This document shows positions 18,781 through 30,962 of a stretch of DNA of 32,605 nucleotides, in pieces (within the stretch, counting starts at the first letter, position 1; every line of letters begins with the position of its first letter). A program made the translations under genes and the position numbers. The stretch covers positions 186,001 to 218,605 of the forward strand of contig JALGPX010000008.1 of the NCBI GenBank assembly GCA_023515795.1. The letters run 5' to 3'. Origin of the DNA: Amoeboaphelidium occidentale (taxonomy: Eukaryota). The notes beneath the pieces are model-generated. The model searched no databases. It saw only the letters and a program-made list of their open reading frames with translations, and had not been told where the DNA came from.

Positions 18781-21700
18781 ATGTCTAATTCCTCCGAAAG
18801 TTTACTAAATTTGGAACGGCGCTTATGCTCGCCATTCCAACTGCCACGAGATTTGGCTGAGAAGGAGTTGAAGTTAAAGAATTCTGCGTCAGATATGTGC
18901 CTATTGCTGCAGTCGGGAAAGATATCAAGCAAAGTTAAATGCGGATTGTTGCGCATTCTTTTGGATATTGAGCTGAATGCCAACGATGCTAAAGAGCTTT
19001 TACGTAAAATGCTGCATGAGCCTTCTTTAACTGACACGTATCTGGTCAAGTCTGTGCTTTATCTATGCACCAAGCTGAAAAAGATGGAAGGTTTGAATTA
19101 TTCTTCTGCAACTACAAGTGTGTACACGCTTTTGCCTCTATTGACAATTTACGAGAAGAATGATGGAAGGCTGAGCATTGATGATATTGTCGTTGGTAGT
19201 GTTGATGCGCTGTTGGAGGGCTACGCTGATTTCGGTGTTGTTTCTGCGCTGGTGAAGTACTTCTGGGTCGATTCGAAAGGGCAGGAATTTCTAGTCAAAT
19301 TCATCGATTACTTTGAATATTCCGCAGATGAAACAGAAAATTATGCTCAATTGAGTTCTAGTATGCGCGAATTGATTGTTTCTTTGGAGAAATCTGTTGC
19401 TTTGCATTTGAATGGAATGTCGAGACATCGCGTGCTTCAATTTCTGTTNTGTTTCTGCGCTGGTGAAGTACTTCTGGGTCGATTCGAAAGGGCAGGAATT
19501 TCTAGTCAAATTCATCGATTACTTTGAATATTCTGCAGACGAAACAGACAATTATGCTCAATTGAGTTCTAGTATGCGCGAACTGATTGTTTCTTTGGAG
19601 AAATCTGTTGCTTTGCATTTGAATGGAATGTCGAGACATCGCGTGCTTCAATTTCTGTTTGAAGATTTACCTAAAGGAAGTATTTTAATTCTGCTCGAGA
19701 ATTCAATGAATGATGATTTCTCTATTCCTGTAATATTGTCCCATGTTCCTTTTCTTTTGGCTGAGAAGTTATTGACTGAAGTCGAGCTCTTATTGCTGTA
19801 CATGCTGTTTGGATATATGATTTTAGATTGGAAAGTACAATCAGAAGAAGCTATTGGAGATATGTTACAGATTATGATTTTAATTTATTCTTTACTTGAG
19901 TCTGGAGAGTTTGCGACGGTATGCAAGTGTGCTAGAATTTCCTTACTGCATGTGTTGTACAAGAAAAAGTTATTGGAGATTTCGAGTACAGATGATGAGT
20001 TTGATGTTTACAAAAGCGCAGAAAAGCTTGCCAGAGATATTTCTAGTCTCGGCTTTATTAAATCTGGAGCGGAAGTCGCTGATAAAGTCGAAAAGTATTT
20101 GAATGAAACAAACCTTAATGGAAGCATTTATCATGCCTTCGTTTCAGCTTTCGCAAGTGAAGGAATGTGTATTGACTCTATTGTAGGTCTCCTTGTATTA
20201 CCTTGCTTTGATAGCCAGGATTTAAAAAGTGTGATAAAGAGCTGCGATAAAGAGCACCTTGTCCATCTTATGTGTTATCTTTTATTTCTTTTGGAAAAAG
20301 GAGAGGAACCAGTTTGCCAACGAATATTATTAGAGGATTTCCCACAATTAATCAAAGAAAGTAATAATGACTCCTTCCTAATGAGCAGAATCATGACATT
20401 CTGTTCCGAGTTTGATATATACCCAGAACTCCTTTACAAGATCATTCACTGTAATTCAAGGGTTATATTTGGCCAGTTATTTAAAAAGTTGAAACAAACT
20501 ATCTTGAAGATAAGCGATAATAGCATTGAGCCATCGCGAGAGCTTCTTTCAGCTTGTGGGATACTTTTAAAGATTTCCGAAGAAGAGAGGGACTTTCTAT
20601 ATACAAAAGAAATCATATTTCTAGCCAAAGAGCTGATTACGAAAGCTACAAACACTAACAGATCTGCGGAAAGTGTTTACGAGTTTGTCTTTTACGTTGG
20701 CGCTCGTGTCACGCTAAACTTTTGCAATAACTCCTTGATATCTTTTGAAGAGGCACAAGCCATACTGAAGCCTTGTTATTCTAAATGGCAATTCAAGATT
20801 GCGCTTAATGTGAAAGAGGAAATACGTTATTATGGTCTAATTGGAAAGTTCGTCCATATCTCTCAGCATGAGGAAACAAACCTGAAACGGATTGAAGCAG
20901 TGAAGACTCTTTGTTCCAAAGACTTTCTAAACTACGAAGAAGATATTGTGGAATCGCTGTGCATGTTTGAAACATACGANATGGTCTAATAGGAAAGTTC
21001 GTCCATGTCTCTCAGCATGAGGAAACAAACCTGAAACGGATTGAAGCAGTAAAGACTCTTTGTTCCAAAGACTTTCTAAACTACGAAGAAGATATTGTGG
21101 AATCGCTGTGCATGTTTGAAACATACGAGTTGATAAACTTTTTCAGCGAGTGCTTGAAGCCTAAAGAAGAAGATCAGGTTGAAGCACCGGAAATTACTAC
21201 AGAGAGCATAATTCTTTGCCTAAAAACACAGTTCTCCAAAAGTTATCACAAGTTGTTGTCTAAGTTTATTGATGAGGAAATCTCTCAAATTGGAAGAGCT
21301 GCGTTCAAAGGACATACACAAACTTTAGACATCAATCGGAAAAGACACAATAATCCTTTCGCAAACTTTCCTCCCTCCTTTAAAGGCGTCATCTCTTTTG
21401 ATTCCCTAGTTAATGGAGGTGGGCAGAACTTAGAAGTTGAGCTTGATACTGCTCTGCTGGATTTAGAAAATGTCAGAGATTTGGCTTTTTTGACAGAGTC
21501 AAGTCAGTATGATCTTATTTTACAGCACGATATGGTAAATATTGAAGGATTCAAGAGGTTTTTCTTGAATAACTTAAATGAATCTAATTATATTGTGTTC
21601 CTACATAAGCTGCTAGTGTTAGAGGTCAATGTTAATTATTCTTATGCATTAGNNNNNNNNNNNNNNNNNNNNNTTCAAGAGGTTTTTCTTGAATAACTTG

Positions 21701-24056
21701 AATGAATCTAATTATATTGTGTTCCTACATAAGCTGCTAGTGTTAGAGGTCAATGTTAATTATTCTTATGCATTAGCTGGATTTGTGTTGGCTCTATCTG
21801 ATATGAAAATGTTCTCTATGGTTGAATCCCAAGTCTTCGAGTATTATCATGTGTCTGTAACTCAAAAATTGTCACAACTGAACTCGTTTCAAGTTTTTGC
21901 TTTGATATTATCGATAACTACAGTCTTCCCTCATTGCAGCTCTTCGAACACTGTGACTAATAGTATTCGAGACGCTATTCACAAATTATACAAGGAGTCA
22001 TCTGACAGCATTGCAAGGTACATCACATCATACTTCATTGGAGCGAACTGCAGTTATATGAATGTGGATCATCTTGTTAGTGAATTGAAGAAGGCCTTCA
22101 TGCTAAATCTTACCAACAAAAGAACTGTTGTTGAAGACACTTTGGTTATAGATGCTGAGACTATTCTTGGATTTGGAGGAGGCCTCGCCCATGCTGCACT
22201 CACTTGTTCAGATGATAACGTCGTTTCGATTCTGAGAGATTTTAATGTTGAAATATTTATTATGGATTCCACGCCAGCGAACATACTCGTGTCTAATCAG
22301 AGACTGTCATTGCTAAAAGTTGGCATGTTATTCTGTCAGATTCTTCATGAAAATGGGTTTAGCCCTGCTTTAACCGCGAAATTTTCTGAGATATCTGAAA
22401 TGGAACAGTTGGATTTCTACTCCTCTTTTTATGATTATAAATTTGGAAAAGGGACTGTTTTTAAAACGCCTGGAGCATCTCTTGCTTTGCTCTCTACGCT
22501 CCGTTACGTATTAATTCGGGATTTAGATGGATTGGAAAAAGATTTGAAGAAAATGGTAAAGATGCAGAGCGGTAACAAGTACGCATACTTGTTGTATTCC
22601 TTGCTGGTTTCTAATAGCTCAAATGCTGCATCTGGTTCTGTGTTCAATGAGCCTCCAAATTACGACAGNNNNNNNNNNNNNNNNNNNNNAGATTCTTCAT
22701 GAAAATGGGTGTAGCCCTGCTTTAACCGCGAAATTTTCTGAGATATCTGAAATGGAACAGTTGGATTTCTACTCCTCTTTTTATGATTATAAATTTGGGA
22801 AAGGGACTGTTTTTAAGACGCCTGGAGCATCTCTTGCTTTGCTCTCTGCGCTCCGTTACGGATTACTTCGGGATTTAGATGGATTGGAAAGAGATTTGAA
22901 GAAAATGGTAAAGATGCAGAGCGGTAACAAGTACGCATACTTGCTGTATTCCTTGCTGGTTTCTAATAGCTCAAATGCTGCATCTGGTTCTGTGTTCAAT
23001 GAGCCTCCAAATTACGACAGGTTTCAATCATCATCGTATATCAAGACTGTCTTTGATTTAATTACAAAAGGGCACCAACTGGACTTGCTGCAATCTTTCA
23101 TTATTCACAAGCCTCTTCCTTTAGTCAATTGGACTTTCATACTGCAGAATGTCACTGATCAGTCATTGTTGGAGAGTTTCTGTTCGGCTCATGTCTATCA
23201 TTCAGTTTCGGTTCAAATTTACGTCTTTAACAATTTCACCAAGTTTAACTACGAAACTTTAATTACTGCGGCATCATGTCTATTGAAAGAGAATAATCAT
23301 ATGGTGAGTTCTTTGGCATTGAAAGCTGCATTATCTCATATCATCCAAACAAAAAACGGAGAAGAAGTTAATCATATCCTTAGACTCCTTCACTCCAGTA
23401 TTTTGGCCAATGTTACAAATTTGGATAACAATCTAATTGAAGTGTTTGCGGATATGGCCAAAAATATTGTGGAACAGAATCTCTCTAATCTTTCAGAAGT
23501 TGATGATGTTTCCCTAGATACGATACACTTCGTAGCTAAAACAATTTGCGTTGTTGATGTACATCAAGAAATGAAGAAGAATCAAGTAGGCATGTTACTT
23601 CAACTGAATATTATGCTGCAATTGAAGGAATACAATCAAGCCATAGATTTGCTTCGTAAAGCAGATCTCGCAGGAAGAGCTTCATTTTTCAAGTACATAG
23701 AATTGAGCAGGTTGGATGCTAAAGAGATCTACACTGTCGTGATGCGAGTTGTTGATTACATTTTGCTTTATAATGCTACTGATCTGTTTGATGTTCTCGG
23801 AGTGTTGATGATCAAATCATCTAAACCTGAAGTCGATACGGTGCAGCTTAAAATTAGCGAAGACCTTTACCCACGAATTTTGCAAGATTATATGGAGTTC
23901 ATGAAAAGCAAGAGTTTTAACAGTGAAGATTTCAAAATCAAGATTGCTACTTTAGTTTCGACTCAAATGAAGCATTTAGTGTACAAGTTTGACAGCATTT
24001 TGCAATGCGACGCTTTAAAACAGGCTGAAATCAACTTGTTGGCCTCTATTCATTAA
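18781..24056 (+). CDS. Large ARM/HEAT-like protein, focadhesin/RST1-like; one gene fragmented by four assembly duplications
   Basis: Track ORFs 18781-19527, 19412-20989, 21097-21696, 21689-22702 and 22623-24056 overlap through duplicated peptides around N gaps. C-terminal EPPNYDRFQSSSYIKTVFD and PLPLVNWTFIL resemble focadhesin motifs. Confidence 0.6.
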
Positions 24057-24147
24057 TAGATTTATTTCGCTGTGTGAAGTTTTCAAGCTGTTGCCCAATC
24101 TCGAGCATCACTTCAAACATGGCGCAGAACAAGTTTTCTGACTGAAC

Positions 24148-25356
24148 ATGCAGCGCTCCACAAGACGGCCATTGAAGACAAACAATTTTGAAGATTTTCC
24201 GCTGTCACCGCTGAACTCGATCTCCTCTAAGCGGTACAATACACGAAACAAAATGCAAAAGAAGTGTTCAGCAACGCCTCTGCTTCAACTTTGTCTTCAG
24301 AACCAGAAGGTCATAAATACTTTGTTCCTTGATCATTTGGAATTACGGGACATTTTGACATTGATGTCTGTTAATACGGGAATCTGTAGAATTATTAAAC
24401 AATGGCTTCGCGATAGCATTTCTTCTTCAGGTTTGGTAATCAGTGGTAAAGACAAGGGCCATGGTTCTGTGCGATTCAAATTGAAGGAAATTATGGCTGG
24501 TGGAGAGGTCATATTCGAAGTTGCTTCCTCTCAAGACGCAGTTTCTAATCGCTTGACATTTGATGGCACAGATACGGAAGCATTTTATGGGGGCGTTGGC
24601 ATTCCAGTTCATTTCAGTACAGAAAGTGAAGATCCGATACAATTAGAGGTTCTCAGTGTGTTTAAAGGGACAGAATTGGCGTATTCTGACTACATGGCGG
24701 TGTATTACTCAATTACGGAGCGTTGTTTGGACTCCAAGAAGCGAAAAACTGTGACGATGCTTCATACCCCGCCAAAATATTCTCTGAAGAAGCGGAAAAC
24801 AAGAACTTCTGACCGTGAGAGTATTGTTGATGAAATTGACAAACTGCTTGGAATATCTCCTCAACGAGACGGTCTTCAACTGGAAACCAGCGAGTCAACT
24901 GAAAGAGATGCCTCAGCTGTTATAGAAATATGTCCATCGCTTGTTCGATGTTCAATAAGCTTTCTCCTACCTTTGTTGTTTAAATGTAAGCACGAAGATA
25001 CTTTGAAACAGGGGAACACCACAGTCGATTATAATGCTGATTTTGACAGCTTTGATTTTGATGACAAGGAGAACATGCTTCCGTCTGATCTTGACAATTT
25101 TCCAAATACTCCACCGGATGTTGAAGTTTTATTTTATAAGCGGATAAATTGCACACCTTCGAAGAAACCTTTGAAGTTGGTTCCATTCTATCAACGGCGG
25201 TTAGAAAGGATATTGAAGCTTGCTCGAAAAATCAAAGCGAATGCGAAGGACATGGATTTAATCAATATTGCCACAGAGCAATTCAAGTCACTTCTGTTAT
25301 CGAAAGACGATCCCACAGATAAGATGATCGTGAAGACTTTGAGAAACAAATTTTAA
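24148..25356 (+). CDS. Hypothetical protein with a possible F-box-like motif
   Basis: 402-aa ORF; LFLDHLELRDILTLMSVNTGICRII resembles an F-box; basic NLS-like stretches (KKRK twice). Confidence 0.6.
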   Translation: MQRSTRRPLKTNNFEDFPLSPLNSISSKRYNTRNKMQKKCSATPLLQLCLQNQKVINTLFLDHLELRDILTLMSVNTGICRIIKQWLRDSISSSGLVISGKDKGHGSVRFKLKEIMAGGEVIFEVASSQDAVSNRLTFDGTDTEAFYGGVGIPVHFSTESEDPIQLEVLSVFKGTELAYSDYMAVYYSITERCLDSKKRKTVTMLHTPPKYSLKKRKTRTSDRESIVDEIDKLLGISPQRDGLQLETSESTERDASAVIEICPSLVRCSISFLLPLLFKCKHEDTLKQGNTTVDYNADFDSFDFDDKENMLPSDLDNFPNTPPDVEVLFYKRINCTPSKKPLKLVPFYQRRLERILKLARKIKANAKDMDLINIATEQFKSLLLSKDDPTDKMIVKTLRNKF

Positions 25357-25372
25357 ATACGTATTGATAAAC

Positions 25373-26242
25373 TTATGATATTTCTTTTAACAGTATAACA
25401 AGACACTTCATTGCGTCTTTGTATTGTTCCTCTTCGATTTCATGTTGAGAGAATCTTGCCAAACGGTAAACATCCGCAAAGAACTTTAAAACTCGCGGAT
25501 CAACTTGAAGGATATTACCAACATGTTCTACATATTCTGAATAGTGCATAGTTCTAGGACGAGCACCTTTCGAAGCAGTAAGTATCGGATCCTGTAAAAG
25601 CATTTGATTTGTTTCAATCGCGCTAATTACTGCAGTTTCCAGTAGATTAAAGCTAGCCAAGATGGACTTCTTAAAATGAATAGGACCTTTAGTGTTCATA
25701 TTTTCAAATGAACTTGACTGTTTCTTGCCTTGAAAATTGTCTTCCGCCTGATCATTCGTTGAACCCCAACCTTTTAAGCCTCGCTCTTCAGGAATCGGAC
25801 CCAGATCAATACTCTTTACTCTAACAAGTTCTTGATGTATCAATGCAATTAACCAGTCCCCAAGCGTGCCAGACTTGAAAGGTAGATATATCCTTGGTAT
25901 GGCACCGAGTGCACTTTGAGTGAACATATAACGCCTTATCGCAAATAGAATCATTGTCACAAGTATGAATATACAACATGCTGCAATAGTGTAGGTCAAA
26001 GGACCAGGAAGAGGTATCCCATTTTGATAAATCATTGTCTGGCTCAACATATCTAGTAACACAACGAATAGTGAAGATATGAATATTAAAGCTGTGACGA
26101 TGAATGCAGAGTATTCCAGTCTCCTTGTAGGTCTTCGGATTGCTGTAGTTTGCTGATCATTTGTAAAATGTCTTTTGAGTTTCGGGCTCTTTTGCACTGA
26201 TACTGGCCTCTGTGGTTGCTGATCTGTTACAGTTTGGCTCAT
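25373..26242 (-). CDS. DLT1: DLT1-like (defect at low temperature 1) two-TM protein
   Basis: Two N-terminal TM segments, then ALGAIPRIYLP...IHQELVR, GW, and YRLARFS...IEEEQY, resembling the fungal Dlt1 family. Confidence 0.6.
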   Translation of the reverse strand: MSQTVTDQQPQRPVSVQKSPKLKRHFTNDQQTTAIRRPTRRLEYSAFIVTALIFISSLFVVLLDMLSQTMIYQNGIPLPGPLTYTIAACCIFILVTMILFAIRRYMFTQSALGAIPRIYLPFKSGTLGDWLIALIHQELVRVKSIDLGPIPEERGLKGWGSTNDQAEDNFQGKKQSSSFENMNTKGPIHFKKSILASFNLLETAVISAIETNQMLLQDPILTASKGARPRTMHYSEYVEHVGNILQVDPRVLKFFADVYRLARFSQHEIEEEQYKDAMKCLVILLKEIS

Positions 26243-27307
26243 TTCGATCTATATCTGTTGGAAAACAAGAAGTTTAAAGAGTTTTGGTTGATTCTTCTGA
26301 TACTTTCTGTCTTTCAAGCGATCTCAAACAGCAAAGACGCCACAGATCTCGTGTGAACGGATTTGGATTTGAATTAAACTTTAAAACGCTCGCTAATGGT
26401 CATCAGTACAGCAAAATCATTGCCCAAAACGAAACTGCTGGTCAGGGCGCTGGTGCTCGTTGGTTGCTTTGTGCTACTCTCTGTAATTTACCTCTCATTT
26501 ACATCCAAGACATCATCAGAGGTTCAGAATGATTACGATACAGCCCTAAAACAACTTAATGATAAAGCGGATAAGATTTACAGCAAAATAAGAGAATTTG
26601 ACGCTTCTAATTACGGAAAGCACTCAATACCTCAAAGCAATGTTGTTCCAGTGGCGGAATCAGGAAAGTTTAATACTTACGGGTCAAACGACGTGATACC
26701 CATCCTACTATTTGCTTGTGAGCGGCCTGAGATGTCAAGGACTCTGGATTCTCTGCTTAAGTACCGGCCTAATGGAAATTTTCCGATCATCATCAGTCAG
26801 GACTTAAATCATCAGGATGTGACCGAAGTTATCAGAAAGTATTCTGACAGAGGCCTGGCTATTCATCTGAGGCAACCTGTTATGGAAAAACCAGCTGTTG
26901 AGAAAGGTCATGAATATTTANAGAGGTATCCCATTTTGATAAATCATTGTCTGGCTCAACATATCTAGTAACACAACGAATAGTGAAGATATGAATATTA
27001 AAGCTGTGACGATGAATGCAGAGTATTCCAGTCTCCTTGTAGGTCTTCGGATTGCTGTAGTTTGATGATCATTTGTAACATGTCTTTTGAGTTTCGGACT
27101 CTTTTGCACTGATATTGGCCTCTGTGGTTGCTGATCTGTTACAGCTTGGCTCATTTCGATCTATATCTGTTGGAAAACAAGAAGTTTTAAGAGTTTTGGT
27201 TGATTCTTCTGATACTTTCTGTCTTTCAAGCGATCTCAAACAGCAAAGACGCCACATATCTCGTGTGAACGGATTTGGATTTGACTTAAACTTTAACACG
27301 CTCGCTA

Positions 27308-28939
27308 ATGGTCATCAGTACAGCAAAATCATTGCCCAAAACGAAACTGCTGGTCAGGGCGCTGGTGCTCGTTGGTTGCTTTGTGCTACTCTCTGTAATT
27401 TACCTCTCATTTACATCCAAGACATCATCAGAGGTTCAGAATGATTACGATACAGCCCTAAAACAACTTAATGATAAAGCGGATAAGATTTACAGCAAAA
27501 TAAGAGAATTTGACGCTTCTAATTACGGAAAGCACTCAATACCTCAAAGCAATGTTGTTCCAGTGGCGGAATCAGGAAAGTTTAATACTTACGGGTCAAA
27601 CGACGTGATACCCATCCTACTATTCGCTTGTGAGCGGCCTGAGATGTCAAGGACTCTGGCTTCTCTGCTTAAGTACCGGCCTAATGGAAATTTTCCGATC
27701 ATAATCAGTCAGGACTTAAATCATCAGGATGTGACCGAAGTTATCAGAAAGTATTCTGACAGAGGCCTGGCTATTCATCTGAGGCAACCTGTTATGGAAA
27801 AACCAGCTGTTGAGAAAGGTCATGAATATTTAAGGGTTTACTATGCGATCGCGCGACATTATCGCTGGGCTTTTACGCAAGTGTTTGATAGTTTGGGATA
27901 TGACCAAGTGATTATCGTTGAAGATGATATGGAATTTTCTCCGGACTTTTTTGATTATTTCTCTTCTTTTTTGCCTTTGCTCAGGGAAGATGAAACATTA
28001 CTCTGTGTGTCTTCGTGGAATGATAATGGAAAGTTTGGAAATGCATCAGATGTATTTTACAGATCGGATTTCTTTCCCGGATTAGGATGGATGATGACAA
28101 AGAAATTATGGTTAGAATTAAAGCCCAAATGGCCTGCTGCTTTCTGGGATGACTGGTTGAGAATTGACGAACAGAGAAAGGGAAGAGCATGTATTCGGCC
28201 AGAGGTGTCTAGAACTTCGAATTTTGGAGGTGAAGGTGCCAGCAAAGGACAGTTCTTCGAGGATCATATTGCTTCTGTACAGAAAAACTCTGAGATGACA
28301 GAATACACTGGTTTAGATGCAAATCGCAAAGAATTACTGCCTTTTACAAAATCGCAAAGAGAAGATCAGATGGTAGGCAAAAACATTTGGAATTCTTTTA
28401 AAAACACACAGGTAGATGTTAGAAAGTACAAAAAATCAGAGTATGATCGTGTTTTCTTAGATCAAGTTTACCGATACTCGACTATTATTGATGCCCTGCA
28501 ACTGCTTACACTGTTGAATTCTCCAGACCCTCATACGAGCAAACTTTTCGTAGATTCTCCTAATGCTGTTGTTCCAGATGATCTAAAGAAGCCATTGAAG
28601 TTAGAACTACATCCTGCGCTATATCCAAACACTGCGTACTATTGCGGGGAGTATTGCTTGAGACGATTTACTGTTATTTACCAAAAGGCTGGTGTTCAAG
28701 GTTGGGATGATTTCGTGAAACTAGCAAAAGAGTTTAAATTAATGGAGGATATCAGAGCAGGTCAGGCTCGCACTGCGTATCTTGGCATAGTCTGTTTTAA
28801 ACTACCAATTAAGAACCCGAAGGATATGGTTTTCATAAGTGGTAAAGGCGCTGCTGAAACTTATACATTGAACGGAAGACCAGAGTCTGTGGTACAAGTC
28901 TGTGTAGCACCGCCTGAGAATAAATCAGAAAAGCCTTAA
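27308..28939 (+). CDS. MGAT1: N-acetylglucosaminyltransferase I (GT13); a partial duplicate at 26396-26920 is an assembly bubble
   Basis: Type II TM anchor; ACERP, FPIIISQD, YYAIARHYRWA, IIVEDDMEFSPDFFDYF, CVSSWNDNG, YRSDFFPGLGWM, WPAAFWDDWLR, RACIRPEVSRT. Confidence 0.93.
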   Translation: MVISTAKSLPKTKLLVRALVLVGCFVLLSVIYLSFTSKTSSEVQNDYDTALKQLNDKADKIYSKIREFDASNYGKHSIPQSNVVPVAESGKFNTYGSNDVIPILLFACERPEMSRTLASLLKYRPNGNFPIIISQDLNHQDVTEVIRKYSDRGLAIHLRQPVMEKPAVEKGHEYLRVYYAIARHYRWAFTQVFDSLGYDQVIIVEDDMEFSPDFFDYFSSFLPLLREDETLLCVSSWNDNGKFGNASDVFYRSDFFPGLGWMMTKKLWLELKPKWPAAFWDDWLRIDEQRKGRACIRPEVSRTSNFGGEGASKGQFFEDHIASVQKNSEMTEYTGLDANRKELLPFTKSQREDQMVGKNIWNSFKNTQVDVRKYKKSEYDRVFLDQVYRYSTIIDALQLLTLLNSPDPHTSKLFVDSPNAVVPDDLKKPLKLELHPALYPNTAYYCGEYCLRRFTVIYQKAGVQGWDDFVKLAKEFKLMEDIRAGQARTAYLGIVCFKLPIKNPKDMVFISGKGAAETYTLNGRPESVVQVCVAPPENKSEKP

Positions 28940-28953
28940 AGATAACACAAGCT

Positions 28954-30412
28954 CTATTCAAGCGTGGATAGGTCAATTTCATGATCTCCAGAATTATCTA
29001 CTCTGTTGAGAATTGTTTCTTCAACTGTTGATAGTCTCTCTTCCATAATAAGCATTGTTTGCGTCAATATGTCAATTTGTGTTACAAGTTGCTGCAAAGT
29101 TTTTGTAAGTTGAGTAGTCTCTAAATAAGGAGTAGCAGCGGCAGGTCCTGTTGCCACATTCCGAACTTTCTTTGGCGAAATACTTGTCTTTGCTGCATTT
29201 TGAGATGGTTCCCTATTAACAATGAGTTCGCCAATATCATTAACTACTTTCTTTTCTGGAGATGATTTAATTGGAGCATTTCCTTTGATTTTGTCTACAA
29301 ATTCTTCCTGAGCTGCGCTTTGTTCAGTTCCCGGAAGATTTTCGTTATTATAAATATTATTGAAACTTGCATTCCATAACAATATCTGTGCATCCTCTCC
29401 AGCTGAAGCAAAGAGCTTTCCACCACAATCGTCTGCAGAAAATACAGCAGATGTAGTTGCTCCATTTTTATGACCGTAAAGCGTATAAAACAAATGTCCC
29501 TCCTGAATATCCCATACTTTAACAAGACCATCTCCTCCAGTAGTTATCATCCACTCTCCTGACTTGCCACCAAAGTCAAGACTATTTACTGTTCCGGCTG
29601 CTCCTTCCTTATTACCATGAGCATTCGGATAGTTCTGAAGCAATCGCTTATACCGCAAGTCCCATATCTTGACTGATCTATCGCTTGAGGTGGAACCAAT
29701 TAAATTCCCAGAAGGATGGAATGCAACACATGTGATCAGACTAATAATTAATTAAAAAATTCGGCAAAAATACCCTGTGTGTTCAAGGAAAGTTTCAACA
29801 CATTCTTTCGACCTGGTATCCCATAGTTTCACAACTTTATCATCGCTACCAGACACCACTAGTCTACTATCAGGACTAAACTTTGCGCATCGAACCCAAT
29901 TAACATGTCCCGTCAGGGAATATAAGAAGCGAGTCTTTTGTGCATTCCATAATTTTATGGACTTATCATCAGAGCTAGAAAGTATCGTTTCACCATCGTG
30001 GGAGAATGTGACTGATCTGACAGTATTTACATGAGCCTTAAAAGTTGTAACATCGCCTCTTCTACAGAAAATATTAAAAAAAGTTGCTCCATGTCGCTTA
30101 CACACTTGTGGTCCAGAGTTTTATGGTATTATCTGATGAACCTGAGGCTAAAAGCGGATCAGTCGGATGAAAGTCTACACTGTGAACAGCTGCCTAAGAT
30201 TATGAGCACCGTCAATTCCAAAAATTTCAAAGCATTACTTGATGTCCAGCGAACCGCAGGGCTCTCATACCAGGCTTCGTATAATAACAAATAACATCAT
30301 GATCCTTGCTTCCACTTGCAATATATTTTCCACCAGGATGGAATGCAACAGAAGTAACAGTCTTCTTATGCCCCTTCAGAGATCTTTCCAGCGTTGGATC
30401 AGGAGAAGTCAT
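28954..30412 (-). CDS. POC1: Centriolar WD40 protein POC1, with three short introns
   Basis: DPTLERSLKGHK, RALRFAGH, FKAHVNTVRSVTFS, SLTGHVNWVRCAKFSPD, YTLYGH, and the C-terminal POC1 coiled coil TLQQLVTQIDILTQTMLIMEERLSTVEE. GT-AG introns near 30238-30194, 30098-30063 and 29773-29741. Confidence 0.9.
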
Positions 30413-30494
30413 TTGGCAATGTGCACTAACAAAATAACAAGACAGAAATCTTCAAACAAATTTTCTTTTCAATTGCGTTCTTGAACTCCACAAA

Positions 30495-30937
30495 ATGTTT
30501 TACAATCGCATTTTACTCGCTGCCAAAGTAGATTTCACGTCATTTAAATCCTTCTAATTATCCGCCCTGTGGCTTTTCATCTTGTGTAGACCACCGGAAT
30601 CTCTGGGCTTCCTGTCCATCCTGCGCCCCGATCTGCGCTAATCGGTCTATTCAATGATACACTAAAAGCTCTCGATAAAATTCCACAGGACGCAGTCTAC
30701 AGACAGTCAGTTACCGCATTGACAAACCACAGACTCAAAATCGTTGAAAGTACGGAGAATGTTAAGGAAATTGAGGAGAAATTGGCGGCTGGTCGGATTG
30801 AACAGGTTATTATACAAGCACAGGATGAACTGAAATTGGTGCACAAAATGGCAGAGTGGAAGCCATGGGAGAAATTGGAAGTAAAGCCAGAGCCTGGCCA
30901 GTGGGAATATTTTCAGCAAAAGAGCGAGTCTAAATAG
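30495..30937 (+). CDS. NDUFA5: NADH dehydrogenase subunit NDUFA5; exons 30495-30527 and 30590-30937
   Basis: Spliced product MFYNRILLAAK|TTGISGLPVHPAPR...IPQDAVYRQSVTALTNHRL...GRIEQVIIQAQDEL...WKPWEKL...PGQWEY. Confidence 0.93.
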
Positions 30938-30962
30938 ATTTTGATCGTGCTCTTGTTTCGTC

